61,086 nt of DNA from Candidatus Adiutrix sp. (GCA_031261565.1 JAISJK010000068.1:1-61086); one strand, 5' to 3'; shown: positions 43,323-56,703, numbered from the stretch's first letter. Numbers and translations: made by a program. Notes: a model not told the origin generated them from the letters alone.

Positions 43323-44534
43323 ATGTTAGTTTCTCCAAAATATAAGGAATCCCTCTCAAACCGGGCGGTCATTTCCCTTTTTTCAGGCGCTATGGGGCTT
43401 GATCTGGGTTTATCGCAGGCGGGACTAAACGTTAAAATCGGTCAGGATGTCGACAGCGATTGCATCGCCACCATGAAAGCCAATCACCGCGATGTTTTCA
43501 CGGGAGATATTCGTCAGATACAGCCTCAGCAGCTGCTCAGCGCGGCCAGCCTGTCCCCGGCGGATCCATTCCTGGTCTGCGGCGGGCCGCCCTGCCAGCC
43601 GTTTTCAACCGCCGGCAAGCGTTTGGGTATTGACGACCCGCGCGGGAGCCTGTTCATGGATTTTATCCGAATGATTGACTACATGAAACCCCGCTTTTTC
43701 ATCATGGAAAATGTCAAGGGCTTAATGTCCGCTCTATCGCGTCAAAACGCGGCTGTTGAAAAGCAATACAGTCTCTTCCCTGTAAGTGATAAATCTAAAT
43801 TTATAAATGACTCCGTGCTTGAAATCGTCTTGTGTGAATTTGAAAAGCTGGGCTATAAAACTGTCTACGGCGTCCTTGACGCTGTAAATTACGGGGCTCC
43901 GCAGTTCAGGGAGCGTTTTGTGCTTTTGGGCAGCCGGGACAACGAGGATATTTTCCTGCCCATGCCCACCCACTTCCAAACGCACCAGGATCCCGCCTAT
44001 CAGTGGGTGACGCTGAAAACCGCGATAGCGGATTTAGAAAGCGACCCTGGTGAATGCTCCTGTTTCAGTTCAGAACGGCTGGGCTATTTGCGAATGGTGC
44101 CGGAGGGCGGAAATTGGAAAAGTCTTTCGTCAGAGTTCGCAGAGAAAGCGATGGGGGGGGCCTATAACTCCGGCGGCGGCAAAGTCGGTTTTTATAGGCG
44201 GCTTTCATACGACCAGCCAGCGCCTACGCTCGTTACCTCGCCTGTCCAGAAGGCTTCAATGCTTTGCCATCCGACTCAGGACAGGCCCCTGAGCGTGAGG
44301 GAATACGCCCGAATACAACAATTTCCAGATGATTTTATTTTTTCGGGAAATATGATGAGCAAATACCGGCAAATTGGGAACGCCGTCCCCATCGGGCTGG
44401 CTAAGGCCCTCGGACAGGCGATTATCGCCGTTGCCGATGGCCTGGCGACTATTGTGACCAAAAGAGCGCGGGGAACAAACGTCCACAACAAAATCAGGAA
44501 CGCCATTGAAATGGGGAGTATCCATGCCAATTAA
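43323..44534 (+). CDS. DNA (cytosine-5) methyltransferase of a type II R-M system
   Basis: SLFSGAMG, GGPPCQPFS, MENVKG, QFRER, RPLSVRE..RIQQFP and QIGNAV. Confidence 0.95.
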   Translation: MLVSPKYKESLSNRAVISLFSGAMGLDLGLSQAGLNVKIGQDVDSDCIATMKANHRDVFTGDIRQIQPQQLLSAASLSPADPFLVCGGPPCQPFSTAGKRLGIDDPRGSLFMDFIRMIDYMKPRFFIMENVKGLMSALSRQNAAVEKQYSLFPVSDKSKFINDSVLEIVLCEFEKLGYKTVYGVLDAVNYGAPQFRERFVLLGSRDNEDIFLPMPTHFQTHQDPAYQWVTLKTAIADLESDPGECSCFSSERLGYLRMVPEGGNWKSLSSEFAEKAMGGAYNSGGGKVGFYRRLSYDQPAPTLVTSPVQKASMLCHPTQDRPLSVREYARIQQFPDDFIFSGNMMSKYRQIGNAVPIGLAKALGQAIIAVADGLATIVTKRARGTNVHNKIRNAIEMGSIHAN

Positions 44535-45258
44535 CGAGGGCTATGATGAGAGCGCGGTTGCCCTGGCCACCGCAGTAGCCCTCGAGGAGTTTTATAAGAG
44601 TCTGATCGCTGGCCTTGACCGGCTGAATATTAAAAAAATAATGCGGCGGAAGAATCCTTACCTTTTCAGGGCCAAATCCATTAATGGAGCGGCGCAAATT
44701 GTAGATGCGCTTCTCGCCGCCTTTATTTCCTCGTCCGAAGAAACCATCTTCGGCAATGTATTTTTCGAGCCGATAGCCGCCGCCGCCGCGCAAGGGCAAA
44801 AGGCTTTGGCCGAAGGCGTTGATATTATGGTCGAGCGGGAAAACACCATCTACGCTATCGCTGTAAAATCCGGGACAAGCGTCTTTAACGCCAACAGCCG
44901 AAAGCGACAGGAGCAGAATTTCATGGCCGCTCAAAAGCTGGCGCAACAGGCTAAAAAGAGATTCGTCCCGATCGTGGGTTATGGCTATGGTCAAAAGAAA
45001 GCGACTGGCCGTGGGTTGCCCAGGTTTTATCAGGAGCTTTCCGGGCAGAATTTCTGGACGGCATTGACCGGAGATGAGGAGTTTTATCTAAAGCTGATCC
45101 GCCTTATGGATAAACTGCCTGAAAAATACATTGAAGAATTTGGCCTATCCTATCAAAAGGCGGCTAATAGGCTGGTTAAAGAGTTTGCCAATGAGTTTTG
45201 CCTGGAAGACGGCGGAATTGACTGGGAAAAACTCGTAGCGTTTAACTCCGGGAAATAA
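44524..45258 (+). CDS. type II restriction endonuclease, PmeII-family-like
   Basis: RRKNPYLFRAK, SSEETIFG, GVDI..(AVKSG) PD-(D/E)xK-like core and GQNFW; overlaps the MTase stop; GGGGAG RBS. Confidence 0.75.
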   Translation: MPINEGYDESAVALATAVALEEFYKSLIAGLDRLNIKKIMRRKNPYLFRAKSINGAAQIVDALLAAFISSSEETIFGNVFFEPIAAAAAQGQKALAEGVDIMVERENTIYAIAVKSGTSVFNANSRKRQEQNFMAAQKLAQQAKKRFVPIVGYGYGQKKATGRGLPRFYQELSGQNFWTALTGDEEFYLKLIRLMDKLPEKYIEEFGLSYQKAANRLVKEFANEFCLEDGGIDWEKLVAFNSGK

Positions 45259-45263
45259 CCCCC

Positions 45264-47975
45264 TCACTCCCCATAGGCCGGGAGGCGGCCCGGGGCGGCA
45301 TTTTCCTGGCCGTAGGGGGGCAGTCGGTCGGTCGGGCGGCGGCTGGGGGGTGGTGTGGGCTCGGCTGGCTGGGGGGCCGGTATCGGGGCCGGGGCGGCCA
45401 CCGGGGCCGGCCTGGGCTGGGCCGGCCGGGGAGCAATGGCCGCCGGGGCCGGCGGCCGGGCGGGCTCTGCGGTGGGCGGCGGGGTAATGGTTTCCCGGGC
45501 CGGCTCTGACGCGCCCTCAAAATCATCCCGCAGAAATTCATCCTCAGGGTTGGCCGGGCTGAAGGCCTCGGAAATTCCGGTGCCCACTGTGCCGGCCTTG
45601 TAGCAGATGCCGCAGGCCCCGCCCGGCGTCAGCACGGCCTCCGGCGGCACGACAAAATCAGTCACCGGCCGGTCTTTCAAAGCCTCCTGCATATAATAGA
45701 GGAAAATGGGCCCGGCCACCCGGCCACCCACTTCGCCTACGGCCCGGGGCCGCTGCTGGTCGGTGCCCACCCAGACGGCTGTCACCAGCTCAGGGGTAAA
45801 GCCGATAAACCAGGCATCGGAAAAATCATTGGTCGTCCCGGTCTTGCCGGCCACCGGGCGGCCCAGGGGCTTGACCATTGTCCCGGTGCCCTGTTCCACC
45901 ACCCCCCGGAGCATGAAGGTCACGGCGCAGGCGGTGCCCGGATCCAGGGCCGGTATGATCCGGGGCTCAAAAGTGGCCACCACCTGCCCGTTCCGATCCT
46001 CAATCCTGGTGATATAGCGGGGCTCTGCCCTGGGCCCCATGTTGGCGAAGGCCGAATAGGCGGTGACCAGCTCCGGCAGGTGGAGGCCGTGGGCTCCCAG
46101 GGCCAGGGTCAGGCTGGCGGGCAGTTTTTCGGTGATGCCCAGGTTGCGGGCCGTCTCGTCCAGGGCGTCAAAACCGATGCGATCCAAAATCTTGATGGAA
46201 ATGAGGTTGCGCGAGCCCACCAGGGCGGTGTAAAGGCTCATGGGCCCCTTGAATTTCAAGTCGGAATTGACCGGCTTCCAGCGCTTGCCGCTGCCCGGGT
46301 CATCCACTACAAAGGGGGCGTCGTTTAAGACCGAGCCGGGAGTGAAGCCGTTGTCCATGGCTGCGGCGTAGAGAATGGGCTTGAAACAGGAGCCCGGCTG
46401 CCGCTGGCTCTGGACGGCCCGGTTAAACTGGCTTTCGCTGAAATCACGCCCGCCCACCAGGGCTTTGACATCGCCGTTGCGCACGTCCATGCTCAAGAGA
46501 GCCGACTGGGTGTCCATGCGCTGTTCCAGGCTGAATTCCAGCGGCTGGGCCCCGGCCGGGCCGGTCAGACGGGCCCAGATGACTTCCCCGACCTTAAAGC
46601 GGTTGACTGTCTCGCCCTTTTTTAAAGCCCAGGCCAGGTTTTTAGAGGAAATCCGACCGGGATAGGGGCCAATCTGGATGGAGAGGGCACTGCTTTGGAT
46701 ATCCACCGCCTGGATCACCGCCCGGTAGAGGTGGTCTGGCTCCAGCCCCTCTTCGGGCAGTTTTTTAGCTTCCCCGGCCAGAAATTCTTTGATTTCCCCG
46801 GCGTCGGCCAACTGCCGCGCCGCCCCCCGGTAGCCGCGCCGCCGGCCGTATTCCCACAGGCCCCTGGCCACGGCCTGATCGGCCGCTTCCTGGGCCTCGA
46901 TGTTGACGGTGGTGAAAACCCGCCAGCCATCGTTATACAGGCTCTCCGAGCCGTAGCGCTCCTCCAGCAGCCGGCGAACATGCTCAGCGAAATAAGGGGC
47001 CACCTGAATGTTGGGGTTGGGCCAGCTGGGCCGCACCTGGGGCTTTTCAGCCTCGGCCTCGGCCTTTTGCTGCGGGGTGATGAGGCCGACTTTAAGCATC
47101 CGGTCCAGAGCGTCCACCTTCCGCCAGTGGGCCTTCTGAGGCTGACTGACCGGGTTGTTGCCCGGCTCGCGGACAATGCCGGCCAGCTGGGCCGCCTCGG
47201 CCAGGGTCAACTGGCCGGCGGACTTGCCGAAATAAGTCCGGGCGGCCGACTCCACGCCGTAAGCGCCCCGGCCCAGATAAATCTGGTTGAGATAGAGGTG
47301 GAGGATTTCCTCTTTGGTCAGATTATGCTCAATCCGCACGGCCAGGATCATTTCCTTGGCTTTGCGGAGGTAAGAGCGCTCCGGGCTCAGGAGAAAGCTT
47401 TTGACCACCTGCTGGGTGATGGTGGAGCCGCCCTGGGCGATGCCGTCGCTTTTAAAGTTGGCGATGGCCGCCCGGAGCAAGGCCTTGGGGTTGATGCCGT
47501 GATGGGCGTAGAAATCAGCGTCCTCCACGGCCAGGAAGGCCCCCTGCACCAGAGGGGGGATGTCCGACAGGGGGACGACGAAGCGCCGCTCGTGGTAGTA
47601 TTCGCCCACCACCCGGCCATCGTCGGAGTAGAAGTAAGTGACCGTGGGCGGGGCGTAGTTTTTCAGGCCGTCGGTGGAGGGCAGATCCAGAGCCAGATAG
47701 TGGTAGGCGAAAAAAACGGCCACGCCGCCGGCCACGCTGAAGCTCAGGCCGGTCCAGAAGACCCAGATGAGGAAGCGGAACCAGAAGCCTAGCGGCCGGC
47801 GGGTTTTGGGCGGGCGGGGGGCCGGGCGGCCGGCCCGCTTTTCAGCCCCGGCCCGGGCCCGAATCCGGGCCGGGGCCCTTTTCATTTCCGGCGGGGATTC
47901 GCCCCAGGCGGCCGGGCCTTCCAAATCAAAATCCGGCAGGGGATTGGCCGGCCGTCTTCTCTTTTTGTCTTCCAT
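45264..47975 (-). CDS. mrcA: penicillin-binding protein 1A
   Basis: TM segment, AVEDADF, GGSTITQQ, RKAKE, YLNQIY, QPGSCFKP (SxxK), SRN and GKTGT; start moved to ATG 47975. Confidence 0.92.
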   Translation of the reverse strand: MEDKKRRRPANPLPDFDLEGPAAWGESPPEMKRAPARIRARAGAEKRAGRPAPRPPKTRRPLGFWFRFLIWVFWTGLSFSVAGGVAVFFAYHYLALDLPSTDGLKNYAPPTVTYFYSDDGRVVGEYYHERRFVVPLSDIPPLVQGAFLAVEDADFYAHHGINPKALLRAAIANFKSDGIAQGGSTITQQVVKSFLLSPERSYLRKAKEMILAVRIEHNLTKEEILHLYLNQIYLGRGAYGVESAARTYFGKSAGQLTLAEAAQLAGIVREPGNNPVSQPQKAHWRKVDALDRMLKVGLITPQQKAEAEAEKPQVRPSWPNPNIQVAPYFAEHVRRLLEERYGSESLYNDGWRVFTTVNIEAQEAADQAVARGLWEYGRRRGYRGAARQLADAGEIKEFLAGEAKKLPEEGLEPDHLYRAVIQAVDIQSSALSIQIGPYPGRISSKNLAWALKKGETVNRFKVGEVIWARLTGPAGAQPLEFSLEQRMDTQSALLSMDVRNGDVKALVGGRDFSESQFNRAVQSQRQPGSCFKPILYAAAMDNGFTPGSVLNDAPFVVDDPGSGKRWKPVNSDLKFKGPMSLYTALVGSRNLISIKILDRIGFDALDETARNLGITEKLPASLTLALGAHGLHLPELVTAYSAFANMGPRAEPRYITRIEDRNGQVVATFEPRIIPALDPGTACAVTFMLRGVVEQGTGTMVKPLGRPVAGKTGTTNDFSDAWFIGFTPELVTAVWVGTDQQRPRAVGEVGGRVAGPIFLYYMQEALKDRPVTDFVVPPEAVLTPGGACGICYKAGTVGTGISEAFSPANPEDEFLRDDFEGASEPARETITPPPTAEPARPPAPAAIAPRPAQPRPAPVAAPAPIPAPQPAEPTPPPSRRPTDRLPPYGQENAAPGRLPAYGE

Positions 47976-48003
47976 ATCTATATAAAAGGCCTGAACAGCC
48001 GGA

Positions 48004-49434
48004 TCAACTGCCGGCCGATTCTCCGATATCCAGCAGTTTGATGAGGTTGGTGGTGCCCGAAGTCTGGAGCGGCAGCCCGCAGGTGAGAAAGACTTTATCC
48101 CCTTTTTCGGCGATGCCGTGGCGAACCAGCCACTCGCTGGCCAGCTGCTCCAAAAGGACAATGGAGTCGCAGGGCTGGATCAGAGCCGGGATGATGCCCC
48201 AGGACAGGGTCAACTGGCGGATGGTGGAGGGGTCGGAGGTCAGGCCGATGACCGGCACCGGCTGCCGCAGGTGAGCCACCATCCGGGCGGTGGTGCCGCC
48301 CTGGGTGGCGGCCACAATGGCTTTGCTGTCGAGATCGCGGGCCAGAATGGCCACGGCCCGGGTGATGGCGCAGGCTACCGGATCCAGCAGCCCGCATTGT
48401 TTCTCCACTAAAAAGGCCCGGTTGTCCATAATCGGCTCGGTCTGGCGGGAGACCTTGTCGAGCATGGCCACGGCTTCCACCGGGTATTGGCCGATGGCGG
48501 TTTCCTCGGAGAGCATGACCGCGTCGGTGCCGTCCAGGATGGCGTTGGCCACGTCAGTAACTTCGGCCCGGCTGGGGCGGGGATTGGAGACCATGGAGCC
48601 TAACATCTGGGTGGCGGTGATGACCAGCCGGCCTCGGTGGCGGGCGGCCTTGATGAGCATTTTCTGGGTGGCCGGCACTTCCTCAATGGGCATTTCTACC
48701 CCCAGATCGCCCCGGGCCACCATGATGCCGTCCACCGCCTCCAGGATGTCCTCAATGCCGGCCACAGCCTGGGGCTTTTCTATTTTGGCGATCAAAAGGG
48801 GCGGCCGGCCGCTGCGGCGGATCATCTCCCTGACCGGCACCAGGTCTTTGGCCGAGCGCACAAAACTCATGGCCACAAAATCCACCCCGGCCTCCAGGCC
48901 CACGGTCAGGTCGGCCCGGTCTTTTTCGGTGAAAGCCGGTATCCGCAGGTCGCTGTGGGGCAGGTTCACCCCTTTGTGAGAACTCAGGGCCCCGCCATTG
49001 ACCACCTGGCAGGTCAGATACTGGTTGTCCTTGGCCGTCACCAGCAAATCTATTTTGCCGTCAAAGAGCAGCACCTGCTCCCCGACGGCCACATCTTCCA
49101 GTAAATACTGGTAATTGACCGGCAGACTGTCATCCACCTCATCGGCACCGGGGGCCAGGCGCACGGTGGAGCCCGTCTCCAGCACCCGGTCTTTCAGATT
49201 GCCCAGGCGGATTTTGGGGCCGGAGAGATCCTGCAGGATGCCCACTTCCTGATTCATCTCCCGGCTCAGGTTCCGGATGGTCTGCACCATGGCCTGGTGC
49301 TCTTCCGGCCGGCCGTGGGAAAAATTGAGCCTGGTCACATTCAGGCCGGCCTCAATCAGCTTTTTTAAGACTTCCGGCGAGGAGGAAGCCGGCCCGATGG
49401 TGGCCACTATTTTAGTCTTGCGATACTGTTTCAT
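48004..49434 (-). CDS. pyk: pyruvate kinase
   Basis: RKTKIVATIGP, RLNFSHG, IAKIE, MVARGDLG, ATQML and DAVMLS.ETA. Confidence 0.96.
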   Translation of the reverse strand: MKQYRKTKIVATIGPASSSPEVLKKLIEAGLNVTRLNFSHGRPEEHQAMVQTIRNLSREMNQEVGILQDLSGPKIRLGNLKDRVLETGSTVRLAPGADEVDDSLPVNYQYLLEDVAVGEQVLLFDGKIDLLVTAKDNQYLTCQVVNGGALSSHKGVNLPHSDLRIPAFTEKDRADLTVGLEAGVDFVAMSFVRSAKDLVPVREMIRRSGRPPLLIAKIEKPQAVAGIEDILEAVDGIMVARGDLGVEMPIEEVPATQKMLIKAARHRGRLVITATQMLGSMVSNPRPSRAEVTDVANAILDGTDAVMLSEETAIGQYPVEAVAMLDKVSRQTEPIMDNRAFLVEKQCGLLDPVACAITRAVAILARDLDSKAIVAATQGGTTARMVAHLRQPVPVIGLTSDPSTIRQLTLSWGIIPALIQPCDSIVLLEQLASEWLVRHGIAEKGDKVFLTCGLPLQTSGTTNLIKLLDIGESAGS

Positions 49435-49536
49435 AATCAGCCGTCCTTTCCCAGGTGCAGATAATGTTTTCTATAATAACACATCAGGGTCGGGAAGTGA
49501 TATAATTGCGCACGAACTTTGCTGATGGAGAGCGAC

Positions 49537-50568
49537 ATGCCCGCCCCCCGGTATAAAAATGTGGCCATTGTCGGGCTGGCCCGGGACGAGGCCCCCCTGA
49601 TCAGGCCCTCGGCCGAGATTGAGGCCCGTCTGGCCCCGGCCCTGACCCGCCTGAAACTGCCCCGGGGCCTCCTGGCCTCCCTGACCGGCATTGTCAACCG
49701 CCGCCTGTATCCCCTGGACTTCAAGCCCAGCCAGGCTGCGGCCCTGGCCGCTGAGAAACTGCTGGCCGCCGGGGGCTTTGACCGAGAGCGCCTGGATCTG
49801 CTCTACTCCACCTCGGTGGGCCGTGACCGCCTGGAGCCCTCCACGGCCTCCATTATCCAGCGCCGCCTGGGCCTCTCCGGCCGGGTCAAGAGCCTGGACA
49901 TCGGCAGCGCCTGCCTGGGCTTCATTGACGGCCTGGAGGTGGCCGCCCTGTCCATTGAGGCCGGTCTGGCCGAATACGCCCTGGTGGTGGCCGGTGAAAA
50001 CAGCCACCCCTTTCTGGAGACGACCATTGATAAAATTCTGGCTGAGGGTAGCGACCGCCCCCTGTTTTTCCGCCATTTCGCCACCCTGACCCTGGGCTCC
50101 GGCGCGGCGGCCATGATCCTGGGGCGGCGGGAGGATTACCCCGAGGCCCCCCGCCTGGTAGCCTCCATCAGCCGCAGTGACGCCGCCTCCAACCACCTCT
50201 GCCAGGGCGACGGCGAGGGCATGGAGACCGATTCCACCGCTCTCCTGACCGCCGGAGTGACCCTGGCCAAAGAAACCTTTGAATCAGGGGCCGCCCAGTT
50301 TGGCTGGCGGCCGGAGAATTTTAACCATTTTATCAGCCATCAGGTCAGCGCGGCCAACACCCGCAAATTATGCGAATCTCTGGGCCTGGACGAAAGACGA
50401 CTGGTCAGGACTTATCCCGACTATGGCAACATGGGCCCGGCCGCCGTGCCCTTTACCCTGGATTTGGCCCGGGAGCGGGGCCAGGTGCGTCCCGCTGACC
50501 GCCTCCTGTTGATGGGCATTGGCTCCGGTCTGTGCTGCAGCCTGATGGAAGTGGCCTGGGGCCGGTAG
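49537..50568 (+). CDS. oleA: OleA-like acyl-CoA condensing enzyme (thiolase/FabH superfamily)
   Basis: S.EIE.RL..., LTGI..RR, LEPSTA (OleA catalytic Glu), SACLG, FATLTLGSGA, HQV and GNMGP. The start could be 49519, 49525 or 49537. Confidence 0.8.
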   Translation: MPAPRYKNVAIVGLARDEAPLIRPSAEIEARLAPALTRLKLPRGLLASLTGIVNRRLYPLDFKPSQAAALAAEKLLAAGGFDRERLDLLYSTSVGRDRLEPSTASIIQRRLGLSGRVKSLDIGSACLGFIDGLEVAALSIEAGLAEYALVVAGENSHPFLETTIDKILAEGSDRPLFFRHFATLTLGSGAAAMILGRREDYPEAPRLVASISRSDAASNHLCQGDGEGMETDSTALLTAGVTLAKETFESGAAQFGWRPENFNHFISHQVSAANTRKLCESLGLDERRLVRTYPDYGNMGPAAVPFTLDLARERGQVRPADRLLLMGIGSGLCCSLMEVAWGR

Positions 50569-50634
50569 GGCCGCCTGTTTTTTAGCTCTTTTTATGTTAA
50601 AATGGAAAATAGTGAAGGGGTGACGGGTTAAATT

Positions 50635-51897
50635 ATGGGATCAAAATTTTACGGTGAAATAATCGCCACCGGCAGCGAGCTGATGCTGGGCCAGACAGTG
50701 GATACCAACAGCGCCTGGCTCTCCCAGATATTGAACACGGCCGGGGTGCCGGTGGTCCGCCACACTTCGCTGGGCGATGACCTGCCCCGGCTGAAGGAAG
50801 CTTTTAAGCGGGCCTGGGCCGATAACCAGGTCACCCTGGTCACCGGCGGCCTGGGCCCGACCGAGGATGATCTGACCCGCCGGGCCGCAGCCGAGGCTTT
50901 TGAGCTGGAGCTGGAGTTTCAGGAAGACCTGGCCGCCCAGTTGAAGGATATGTTCCAGCGCCGGGGCTACCCCCTGACCGAGAACAATCTGCGCCAGGCC
51001 TGGCTCCCCGGAGGCACGGCCATGGTGCCCAATCCCCTGGGCACCGCCCCGGGCTTCGCCCTGGCCGATGCTGGCCGCCTGATGGTCTTTCTGCCCGGCG
51101 TGCCCCCGGAGATGAAGCGGATGGTCAAGGCTTGGGTGCTGCCCCGTCTGCGGGAGCAATTCCCCGACATTTGCCGCCGCTTCAAAACAGTGGTTCTCAA
51201 AACTGGCGGGCTGGGGGAGAGCATGGTCGATGACCGGGTGGCTGACCTGATGGCCCCGGGGCGAAGCCCCACCGTGGGTCTCCTGGCTTCGCCGGATCAG
51301 GTGCGGGTGCTGGTGACGGCCGAGGGCCGGGATGACCGGGAAATTGAAGAGGCCCTGGCTCCGACCCTGGCCGAGCTGGATAAACGGCTGGCCGGGCACA
51401 TTTTCGCTCGCCAGGACAATATCAGCCTGCCCCAGGCCGTGGCCGCTCTGCTCCAGGAGCAGGGCCTGACCCTGATTATCCTCGACGCCATTACCCAGGG
51501 CCGCCTGAGCGGGGCCCTGGCCCCCAGCCTGGGGCCGGAAACCTGGAGCGGCGCTCAGGATCTGCCCTGGCAGGAGAGTTTATCCGGAACCCTGGAGATT
51601 TTGCGCCTCTATAACCCCGACTCGGCGGCTTTAAAAGATAGCGAGGCCGTCCCGGCCCGGCGCTGCCAACAGGAAGTGCGCCTCATTGTCACGGCCCGGC
51701 CCGACCCCGGCGCGCCGGAGCCGCGCCCGGGCGAATCGGCCCTGATGGTGGAAAGCGCGGTGCAGCGCGAGGGCTACCAAAACGGGCAGCCCCTGGTGCG
51801 CCACTACGCCCTCGGCGGGGCGACCAACCGGGCCCTGGCCCGGGCGGCCAACCTGGCCATTTTTCACCTCTGGCAGGTCTTGAGCGGCCACCATTAA
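50635..51897 (+). CDS. cinA: CinA-like protein (MoCF-type N-domain, degenerate PncC domain)
   Basis: ATGSELMLG..VDTN, TGGLGPTEDD, GTAPG, LPGVP.EM and GLGES. Confidence 0.85.
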   Translation: MGSKFYGEIIATGSELMLGQTVDTNSAWLSQILNTAGVPVVRHTSLGDDLPRLKEAFKRAWADNQVTLVTGGLGPTEDDLTRRAAAEAFELELEFQEDLAAQLKDMFQRRGYPLTENNLRQAWLPGGTAMVPNPLGTAPGFALADAGRLMVFLPGVPPEMKRMVKAWVLPRLREQFPDICRRFKTVVLKTGGLGESMVDDRVADLMAPGRSPTVGLLASPDQVRVLVTAEGRDDREIEEALAPTLAELDKRLAGHIFARQDNISLPQAVAALLQEQGLTLIILDAITQGRLSGALAPSLGPETWSGAQDLPWQESLSGTLEILRLYNPDSAALKDSEAVPARRCQQEVRLIVTARPDPGAPEPRPGESALMVESAVQREGYQNGQPLVRHYALGGATNRALARAANLAIFHLWQVLSGHH

Positions 51898-51934
51898 AAA
51901 ACCCCGGCCGCTCCTCTGTGGGCGGCCGGGGTTT
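51896..51934. terminator. bidirectional terminator
   Basis: AAACCCCGGCCGC/GCGGCCGGGGTTT stem between convergent genes. Confidence 0.8.
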
Positions 51935-51957
51935 ATCTGTTTCCAGCTTTTCAGCCT

Positions 51958-52755
51958 TTATTTAAAGATGACCTGGCCGTCTTCCAGCTGATAGACAGCG
52001 CCCACGATCTTAGTCCGGCCTTCCTTGACCGCTTTGGCCAGCACATCGCTTTTGGCCGTCAGTTGTTTCAGGCCCTGCTCCACATTGGCGTGCACAGCGG
52101 CGGGCACCTGCTGATCAGCCGGCAGGGTGGTCACCGCCAGGGCGGCTGGTTTGATTTTGGCCAAAAGCTCGCCCAGAGCGCCCGGTTCGGGCGGGCCGCC
52201 CTGCACAGCCCCGGTCACCGCGCCGCATTTGGTGTGGCCCAGAACCACCACCAGGGGCGCGCCCAGGTGCTCCACCGCGTATTCAATAGAGCCGATTTCA
52301 TCAACGCCGGGGACATTGCCGGCGTCTCTGATCACAAACACATCGCCAAAGCCCACATCAAATAAAAGCTCCACCGGCACCCGGGAATCAGAGCAGGCCA
52401 GAATGGCGGCCATGGGCTGTTGACCGGCGGTAAGCTGGTCGCGCCGGGGTTTTTCCTGGTTGGGATGGATGACCTGGCCGTCAACGAAACGCTGATTGCC
52501 GGCCTTTAAAAGTTTCAGAGCCGAGTCGGCCACATAGGGGTTTGGGACGGCGTGGGCCGCGGGATGGGCGGCGGCCTGGGGAGCGTTGACATTGCCCGCT
52601 GGGGCGGCCAGGGCGGGCGTCGCGTGATTATCCTCGGCCAAGGCGGGCGGAGGGGAGACGCGGACATAAGAGGGCTCTTGAGCACCGGCGCTGGAGGCCC
52701 CGGCCATCAGCAAAAGCATGGCCACCGGCAGGATGAAACGGGAAGGCACGGCCAT
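51958..52755 (-). CDS. exported beta-class carbonic anhydrase
   Basis: Signal peptide; GNQRF, CSDSR, GDVFVIR, EYAV and HTKCG. Confidence 0.92.
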   Translation of the reverse strand: MAVPSRFILPVAMLLLMAGASSAGAQEPSYVRVSPPPALAEDNHATPALAAPAGNVNAPQAAAHPAAHAVPNPYVADSALKLLKAGNQRFVDGQVIHPNQEKPRRDQLTAGQQPMAAILACSDSRVPVELLFDVGFGDVFVIRDAGNVPGVDEIGSIEYAVEHLGAPLVVVLGHTKCGAVTGAVQGGPPEPGALGELLAKIKPAALAVTTLPADQQVPAAVHANVEQGLKQLTAKSDVLAKAVKEGRTKIVGAVYQLEDGQVIFK

Positions 52756-53056
52756 CGGGTAAATCCTTTCTTTTGAAAAATAAAACCTGACCAAGATGGT
52801 GGATACAACGACAATAAAAGTATAGCATAGCCCTTTATAGATATCAAACGGCTATTCGATATCTCACCACGGGCCTTGATTTTCCCCCTTCTTTGCGTTA
52901 AAATAAAGATAGGAAAATATAGAAAGAGCTGCCCAAAGAGCCGGAACACCTGTATCCTCCAATAGGGGCCCGGCGCGCCGGGTTCTTTCAAGGCGCGCAA
53001 TCCCTCCGACAATACCTAAAAATGCTCTAAAGTGATATTTGTATGCCAATAATTCC

Positions 53057-53100
53057 TTGTGGTAATTCGGCGGGAGTGCTATAATGGGTTAAAAAGGAGG
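53057..53100 (+). promoter_or_regulatory. promoter and RBS of the cI-like gene
   Basis: TTGTGG, N17, extended TGcTATAAT; AAGGAGG RBS. Confidence 0.6.
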
Positions 53101-53110
53101 CGATAAATTT

Positions 53111-53835
53111 ATGGCCATCCTGGCGACCAAGAGCGAGATAGATCAAGCTTTCCGAGACTGGCTGCGGGCCTATATGCGCGAGCATGATTTAAACCAGCCC
53201 CGGGCGGCCGTCTTTTGGGAGGTGGCCCAGGCCACCATCCACAACCTGTTGAGCGGCAAGAAAAAGGCCTCGGAATCCATGATGGATAAAATGGCGGCCC
53301 GGGCCGGGACGACCGTGGGGGAGGCCTTAATCCCCTTTGTGGACGAGCGGGCCCTGGTTCCGCCCGAGCCCAGGGCCCTGACGCCGGAGGAGCTGGCCGA
53401 GCGGGGCTTTTTCACCGTGCCCTTTTCCGACCACATGAAGCTGGCCGCCGGGCGGGGGGGCAGCATTCCCGTCACCGATGACCAGGAGACCAGCCAGGTC
53501 ATTGTCCACGGCCCCTCCCTGGGCCGGCGCAGCGCCAGGCAGCTCCAGGCTTTCCGGGTGGGGGGCGACTCCATGGAGCCCCTCCTGGCCGAGGGCGGCA
53601 TTGTGCTGGCCGACCTGCGGCATAATGAGCTACGGCAGATCAAAGAGGGCTCGGTCTATATCCTCTGCTGGGATTTCGCCGATGGCGAGTGCGCAGTCAA
53701 GCGGCTGCGCTGGGCCGACCAGGGGCGGATCCTGGCCGTGGAGTCGGAAAACCCGGCCTACCCGGCCAGGTTTATGAACGTGAGCGATGTGCAGCTGGTG
53801 GGCCGGGTCATCTGGGCCTGGCGGGAAATTGATTA

Positions 53836-53836
<1 letters not shown>
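53111..53836 (+). CDS. XRE HTH plus S24 peptidase, phage cI/LexA-like repressor
   Basis: HTH ([20 protein letters not shown]), AAG cleavage site, [18 protein letters not shown] and VGRV. Confidence 0.9.
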
Positions 53837-56694
<2,858 letters not shown>

Positions 56695-56703
<9 letters not shown>

